Position numbers and translations under genes: made by a program | Shown here: positions 53,617 to 57,931 of the stretch, piece after piece | Numbering within the stretch: position 1 is the stretch's first letter | How the letters are laid out: each line of letters starts with the position of its first letter | Origin: Pyrodictiaceae archaeon | GTDB taxonomy: Archaea; Thermoproteota; Thermoprotei_A; Sulfolobales; WAQK01 | DNA length: 57,931 bases | Assembly (NCBI GenBank): GCA_015520265.1 | Contig: WAQK01000027.1 | Location: 1-57,931 of the forward strand | Direction of reading: 5' to 3' | The notes under the pieces: model-generated | Told to the model about the DNA's origin: nothing | Database searches by the model: none | What the model saw: only the letters and a program-made list of their open reading frames with translations

Positions 53617-54142
53617 GTCTTAGACCCACCTCCTCGTCGAACACCACCTTCACGGGGCGGGCCCCCTCCTTGGCAGCCGGGGAGACCCACTCGGTGTCGA
53701 ACTTTGTTGGAACATATATCATCTCATCCAGCTCCTCATAGGATATGTCGTGGACAGGGGTGTGCTCGAGGGCGAAGACGGGGCAAACGTCGACGCAGAA
53801 GCCGCAGAAGATGCACCTCTGGTAGTTGATGCCTGGGTACATCTTCTTCTCGCCGGGCAGCTTGTACATCTTCATAGCGGCTGCCGGGCAGATCTGGGCG
53901 CACAGGCTACAGCTGATGCACCTGTCCCTGTGCCACCTTATCATCCCTCTGTAGCCTTCGCCCAGGTCTATCACGAACTCGGGGTACCTCACAGTCATGC
54001 GCTTGGTGGAGAGCAGGTAGCGTAGCCCTGTTGCTATCGCGGCGGCGTGCCTCTTCAGCGAGACCAGCAGGTTGCCCGGCTTATACACGTCCTCGGCCAC
54101 GGCTAGGCACCTCCCGTTATCACGAGTAGTATGAGGCTCCAC
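53603..54142 (-). CDS. nuoI: NADH-quinone oxidoreductase subunit I (2x[4Fe-4S] ferredoxin)
   Basis: 179 aa. Contains 'CISCSLCAQICP' and 'CIFCGFCVDVCP'. Confidence 0.85.
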   Translation of the reverse strand: MEPHTTRDNGRCLAVAEDVYKPGNLLVSLKRHAAAIATGLRYLLSTKRMTVRYPEFVIDLGEGYRGMIRWHRDRCISCSLCAQICPAAAMKMYKLPGEKKMYPGINYQRCIFCGFCVDVCPVFALEHTPVHDISYEELDEMIYVPTKFDTEWVSPAAKEGARPVKVVFDEEVGLRHEPQ

Positions 54143-55128
54143 ACGACGGATATGAGGGAGAGGGGGAACAGCTTCTTCCAGCCTATCTCGAGGGCCTGGT
54201 CCAGCCTGTACCTGGCGTACACGCTTCTAAGGAACACGGCGAAGAGGAGGACGAGATACGCTTTGATGAATAGGGCTATGCCCTGGAACGCGGGGTGTAT
54301 GGAGGCGAGGGCCGGTATGACGGGCTTCCAACCGCCTAGGAAGAGCTCCACGAACACCAGGCTCAGCACGTAGAGCTCCATGTAGCTTGCACCCATGACC
54401 AGCATGTAGAGTATACCGGAATACTCGGTGAAGGGGCCGGCAACTATCTCCTGCTCGCCCTCCACGATATCGTAGGGTAGCTTGGATGCGGTCATCAGCA
54501 TGGCGACGAAGAATATAGCGGCGGCTATGGGGTTGAGAACTATGCCGGGCACAGTCTGGGCCTCCACGATCTTGGAGAGGCTTAGGGTTCCATAGTAGGT
54601 GGCTATCGCGAAGGCTGCTATGAAGAGGCTCGTCTCGTAGGCTACCATCATGAACGCCTCCCTGACGCCTCCGAGTAGTGTGAACTTGTTGTTGGCGGCC
54701 CACGAGGTGGCCAGGATCAGCGGGGGCACCAGGGCGCTCAGGGAGAGAACCAGGGGAAGGCTGTACTCTAGGTCGACGCCCACGAAGCCCGGCGCTGCCG
54801 GTATGAAGGCGAAGGGGATAATGGTGAAGGCCATCATGGTTACAGGGGCCAGGACGAACACCCACTTGTCGGCCTTGCGCGGCAGTATCGGTTCCTGGAA
54901 CATGAACTTGATGGCGTCGGCTATTAGCTGGATGATCCCGCCCAGCGGTTTGAGCACGTAGAGGGGGCCGTAGCGGAGCTGGACCTTGGCAGTCATCTTC
55001 CTCTCAGCCCATATGAGTGTCAGCAGCACGAGCATCGCTGCTAGGAGGCCGGGGTAGATTAGGGGCGCGAATATGTGGGGGCTCAGTATGAATTCCACCA
55101 CCTTGTCTAGGGGTTGGGGCGCCATCAC
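54103..55128 (-). CDS. nuoH: NADH-quinone oxidoreductase subunit H
   Basis: 341 aa. Contains 'AERKMTAKVQLRYGP' and 'GGIIQLIADAIKF'. Confidence 0.85.
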   Translation of the reverse strand: MMAPQPLDKVVEFILSPHIFAPLIYPGLLAAMLVLLTLIWAERKMTAKVQLRYGPLYVLKPLGGIIQLIADAIKFMFQEPILPRKADKWVFVLAPVTMMAFTIIPFAFIPAAPGFVGVDLEYSLPLVLSLSALVPPLILATSWAANNKFTLLGGVREAFMMVAYETSLFIAAFAIATYYGTLSLSKIVEAQTVPGIVLNPIAAAIFFVAMLMTASKLPYDIVEGEQEIVAGPFTEYSGILYMLVMGASYMELYVLSLVFVELFLGGWKPVIPALASIHPAFQGIALFIKAYLVLLFAVFLRSVYARYRLDQALEIGWKKLFPLSLISVVWSLILLVITGGA

Positions 55129-56360
55129 CTGTCACCCTCCGGCGGGAAGTAGTCTATGCTCCCGTAGATCGCGGGGAGATCCATGAACCTGGCCCCGCGG
55201 GTGAGGTACCTGTAGAGCACCACGTTCCTGAAGGCAGGGGTGACTATCCTGACCCTGTAGGGCTTTATTCCTCCGTCTGAGACTATGTGGTAGAAGACCT
55301 CGCCGTGCCCCATCTCCACCCTCGCGACGGCCTCGCCGGGCTCGGGCTTGAGCCTTATGAAGGCTCCGGGCAGCTTTAGGCGGCCCGTCTGCTCGACGAA
55401 CTCCTTGAGCTTGGGCGGCAGCATCCTGTAGTACTTCTCGTGGAATATGGGGCCGTCGGGGATCTTGTCGAGTATCTGCTTGATCATGCTCATGCTCTGC
55501 TTGATCTCCTCGATCCTAACCAGGAGCCTTGCCATGGCGTCGCCTTCCTCTCTGGTGGGGATCTCGAAGTCGAGCTCCGGGTAGGCTCCGTACTCCTCGG
55601 CTATCCTGGCGTCGTACCTAACGCCTGCGGCCCTGAGGTTGGGCCCCACTATTCCGAGCCTCTTAGCCTCTTCAGCCTTGATCACTCCCACGTCTACGTA
55701 TCTCGCGATTATGACGGGGTTCTTGACGAAGATCCTCTCGTAGTCCTGCAGCCTCTTCTCCATGTACCTGATGGCCTTGAGCGCCTTCTCCTTGAAGTCC
55801 TGGGGCAGGTTCCTCCTAACCCCTCCGGGTATGATGTAGCTGTGGGTGAGCCTGGCGCCCGTGAGGTCTTCGGCCAGCTGGACCCACACCTCCCTGTCGC
55901 CGAAGGCCCACATGAACATGGTTGAGTGATTAAGCATGATCCCGGCGATTCCGAAGCCGTAGAGGTGGCTCGCGATCCTGTTGATCTCTGCGAGCAGGGT
56001 TCTCAGGTACTCGGCCCTGGGAGGAGCCTCCAGGCCTAGGAGCTGCTCCACGGCCCGGACGTAGCCCCAGGTGATGTTGGCGGCGTCTATTATGGTGGCC
56101 CTCTCGAAGAGGGGAATGTTCTTCAGGTACTCTCTGCCCTCGGCCAGCTTCTCCATGGTCCTGTGGACGTAGCCTATGTCGGGCTCGGCGTCCACTATTA
56201 TGTCGCCGTCGAGCCTCACGATTATCCTCATGTGGCCCGACGCCGGGTGCTGGGGGCCTATGAAGAGCTCGTATACGTCGTAGCCCTCCTCGTCGCGGCC
56301 CATCAGCCTGTACCAGAAGTACGGGTTCCCCCTCAGCTCACTGCTTCCTGGTGAGGTCAA
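55125..56360 (-). CDS. nuoD: NADH-quinone oxidoreductase subunit D
   Basis: 411 aa. Contains 'IGPQHPASGHMR'. Confidence 0.85.
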   Translation of the reverse strand: MTSPGSSELRGNPYFWYRLMGRDEEGYDVYELFIGPQHPASGHMRIIVRLDGDIIVDAEPDIGYVHRTMEKLAEGREYLKNIPLFERATIIDAANITWGYVRAVEQLLGLEAPPRAEYLRTLLAEINRIASHLYGFGIAGIMLNHSTMFMWAFGDREVWVQLAEDLTGARLTHSYIIPGGVRRNLPQDFKEKALKAIRYMEKRLQDYERIFVKNPVIIARYVDVGVIKAEEAKRLGIVGPNLRAAGVRYDARIAEEYGAYPELDFEIPTREEGDAMARLLVRIEEIKQSMSMIKQILDKIPDGPIFHEKYYRMLPPKLKEFVEQTGRLKLPGAFIRLKPEPGEAVARVEMGHGEVFYHIVSDGGIKPYRVRIVTPAFRNVVLYRYLTRGARFMDLPAIYGSIDYFPPEGDR

Positions 56361-56853
56361 CTATGAACCCCTCCTCCACCACTCTATAGTCCTTGCGCAG
56401 GGGTGGGGGCCCCTGGTAGTCGGGGGGCAGGAGTAGTCTCTTGAGCTCGGGGTGCCCCCTGAACACTATGCCCAGCATTTCCCAGGTCTCCCTCTCGGGG
56501 TAAAGGGCGCTGGGCCATACCTCGATCAGCGTGTCCAGCTCCGGCTTGTCCCTTGGGATCCTGGTGGAAAGCTTCACGATAACGCCGTGGAGTTCGGGCT
56601 CGTAGCTGGCGGCGTGGTAGGCGACCTCTATCTCCTTGTCCTTGATCCAGTCAACGCCCTCCACGCTGACCACGTGGTCAAAGCCTAGGCTGAAGAGGAG
56701 CTGGGCCGCCTTCCTCATGTTGCCAGCATCAACGCTCACAGATATGTATCCCGGCCTGACCTCCTCCACCTTGGCGCCCAGGGGCTCCAGGGCCTCCCTT
56801 ATCTTGTCGAGCAACGCCAAGGCTCTACACCTTGAAGGCTGTTCTTCCCTCAC
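56338..56853 (-). CDS. nuoC: NADH-quinone oxidoreductase subunit C
   Basis: 171 aa. Contains 'YPERETWEMLGIVFRGHP'. Confidence 0.8.
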   Translation of the reverse strand: MREEQPSRCRALALLDKIREALEPLGAKVEEVRPGYISVSVDAGNMRKAAQLLFSLGFDHVVSVEGVDWIKDKEIEVAYHAASYEPELHGVIVKLSTRIPRDKPELDTLIEVWPSALYPERETWEMLGIVFRGHPELKRLLLPPDYQGPPPLRKDYRVVEEGFIVDLTRKQ

Positions 56854-57346
56854 GGATGCGCTTTTGGAGCATTATGATGGCCCTGGCCACCGCCTCGGGC
56901 CTGGGCGGGCACCCGGGTATGAACTCCTCTACGGGGAACAGCTCGTGGACCCTTACGATGTTGTAGCTGTTGTAGAATATGCCGCCGTCTATGGCGCAGG
57001 CCCCCATCGCTACAACGTACTTGGGACTGGGCATCTGCTGGTACACGATCTCGGCGGCGCGGGCCATCTTCTTGGTCAGCGTGCCCTCGATTAGGAGGAG
57101 GTTGGTCTGCCTGGGCGATATGAATGGGAGGAAGCCGAACCTCTCAGCGTCGAACCGGGGGTTTGAGGCGGCTGCGAATTCGGCTCCGCAGCAGGAGGTA
57201 GTTAGGTGGACGGGCCAGAGGGAGAACGCGGTGGCCCAGTCCTTCAGGCTCCTAACCGGCGTCTTCTCAACCAGCCACCTTGTGGCCTTGCGGGCCGCCT
57301 CCTCCAGGTTTCCGACCATCATTAGTCCTGATAGGGGGCAGAACAC
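56825..57346 (-). CDS. nuoB: NADH-quinone oxidoreductase subunit B
   Basis: 173 aa. The N2-cluster ligand motifs are 'SCCGAEF', 'GACAIDGG' and 'PGCPP'. Confidence 0.85.
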   Translation of the reverse strand: MFCPLSGLMMVGNLEEAARKATRWLVEKTPVRSLKDWATAFSLWPVHLTTSCCGAEFAAASNPRFDAERFGFLPFISPRQTNLLLIEGTLTKKMARAAEIVYQQMPSPKYVVAMGACAIDGGIFYNSYNIVRVHELFPVEEFIPGCPPRPEAVARAIIMLQKRIREGRTAFKV

Positions 57347-57349
57347 GGC

Positions 57350-57736
57350 TCATCCCTCCCTGGGTGGCTTGAAGCGCCAAAGCTCTATCCTCCTAGAGTA
57401 GGACAGGCCATAGTAGAGGGGCGGCAACGAGATGGCCATGGTTGCCGCCATAACTGTGAGGACCTTGACCGGGTTGAGGGTGGCGTAGTAGGGTAGGAGG
57501 AAGAGCAGGGCGAGGATGGGTTCGAAGGCTATGAATATGATGAGGTAGCCATAGTACTGGATCGGGTACCAGCGACGCGCCACGCCGCTGGGCGGGTTGC
57601 CAGCCTCGTACCTCTCCCTCTTATACGGGTACTCGGCGCCCCTGGTCATGAGGAGGGCGAGGAGAACTACGAGGGCCAGCACGCCTATGCCAACGATCAG
57701 CGTGACCGCTACAGAGACGATGGCCTCGGCTGGCAA
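57350..57736 (-). CDS. nuoA: NADH-quinone oxidoreductase subunit A
   Basis: 128 aa, TTG start, three helices. Contains 'RERYEAGNPP', a variant of YECG. First gene of the operon. Confidence 0.75.
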   Translation of the reverse strand: MPAEAIVSVAVTLIVGIGVLALVVLLALLMTRGAEYPYKRERYEAGNPPSGVARRWYPIQYYGYLIIFIAFEPILALLFLLPYYATLNPVKVLTVMAATMAISLPPLYYGLSYSRRIELWRFKPPREG

Positions 57737-57771
57737 CCCTCATCATCTCCGGGGGTTAGTGCATGGCATTT

Positions 57772-57786
57772 TACTATAAATATTAT
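57772..57786 (-). promoter_or_regulatory. TATA-like box of the nuo operon
   Basis: Plus-strand 'tactataaatattat' reads ..ATATTTATAGTA.. on the minus strand, about 40 nt upstream of the nuoA start in an AT-rich non-coding stretch. Confidence 0.4.
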
Positions 57787-57931
57787 GTGCAAATGGTGTC
57801 CATGGTATGGGAAAACTGTACACTTATACGATTTTTACGAAAACAATAACAATTAATAGTAACGGATAAGCCGTCGCCGAGGCTACAATCCTCTTCTCTG
57901 CCCAACCTTTTAATACTCCCCACCCTCAGAA

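Noticed and set aside
1-57931. A search by eye for rRNA, tRNA (T-loop GGTTCRAATCC and its complement), CRISPR repeat arrays, C/D-box sRNAs (RUGAUGA...CUGA) and IS elements.
   Set aside because: No non-coding gap exceeds about 300 nt. I saw no periodic repeats and no T-loop-like sequence in a non-coding context. The only GTGATGA strings lie at coding-gene junctions (3327, 8305). A covariance-model scan would be needed to exclude small RNAs.

Overview
This is a densely packed, high-GC archaeal chromosome segment with about 60 genes. Most gaps are under 150 nt and many neighbouring genes overlap by 4-30 nt. The gene content includes aRF1, AglB/STT3, AlaX, DTD2, a Dph6-like protein, NurA/HerA, TtuA plus a ThiS-like GG protein, and an 11-subunit Nuo complex without NuoEFG. 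AT-rich TATA-like boxes sit about 30-40 nt upstream of start codons, GTG/TTG starts are frequent, and the proteins are rich in Arg/Glu/Leu/Val. Together these point to a hyperthermophilic crenarchaeote, possibly Desulfurococcales-like; this is inference and I cannot verify it without a database.

Gene order from left to right:
- aglB (partial) and alaX
- an Lrp-like regulator plus the cbiM-N-Q-O ECF Co/Ni importer
- prs
- ttuA plus a ThiS-like protein
- a fused MetV-MetF
- trxB
- an amidohydrolase plus an ABC-2 exporter
- a Dph6-like protein
- a TrkA-C/PhoU protein
- aRF1
- an S2P protease
- an MBL hydrolase
- an NAD-kinase-like protein
- a KaiC-like ATPase plus a small partner
- a ThrC-like / ArsA-like / B12-radical-SAM cassette
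- a stand-alone NurA-HerA pair
- a DUF438/hemerythrin/PAS sensor plus an HTH regulator
- DTD2
- a DHPS-like protein
- ArsR plus a methyltransferase
- a low-GC islet with two tandem paralogous membrane-anchored proteins of unknown family
- an acyl-CoA dehydrogenase
- an MTA/SAH deaminase
- an HTH-beta-helix protein
- a Nudix hydrolase
- nuoABCDHIJKMLN

I found no rRNA, tRNA, CRISPR array, transposase or integrase.

The best candidates for something undescribed are:
1. the ArsA-like ATPase translationally coupled to a B12-radical-SAM enzyme;
2. the orphan, enlarged NurA-HerA module;
3. the low-GC islet with the paralogous secreted proteins;
4. two regulator/operator modules, namely the Cys-tailed Lrp next to cbiMNQO and the 18-bp palindrome at the DUF438 sensor gene.

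All calls rest on motif recognition by eye. No homology search was possible.
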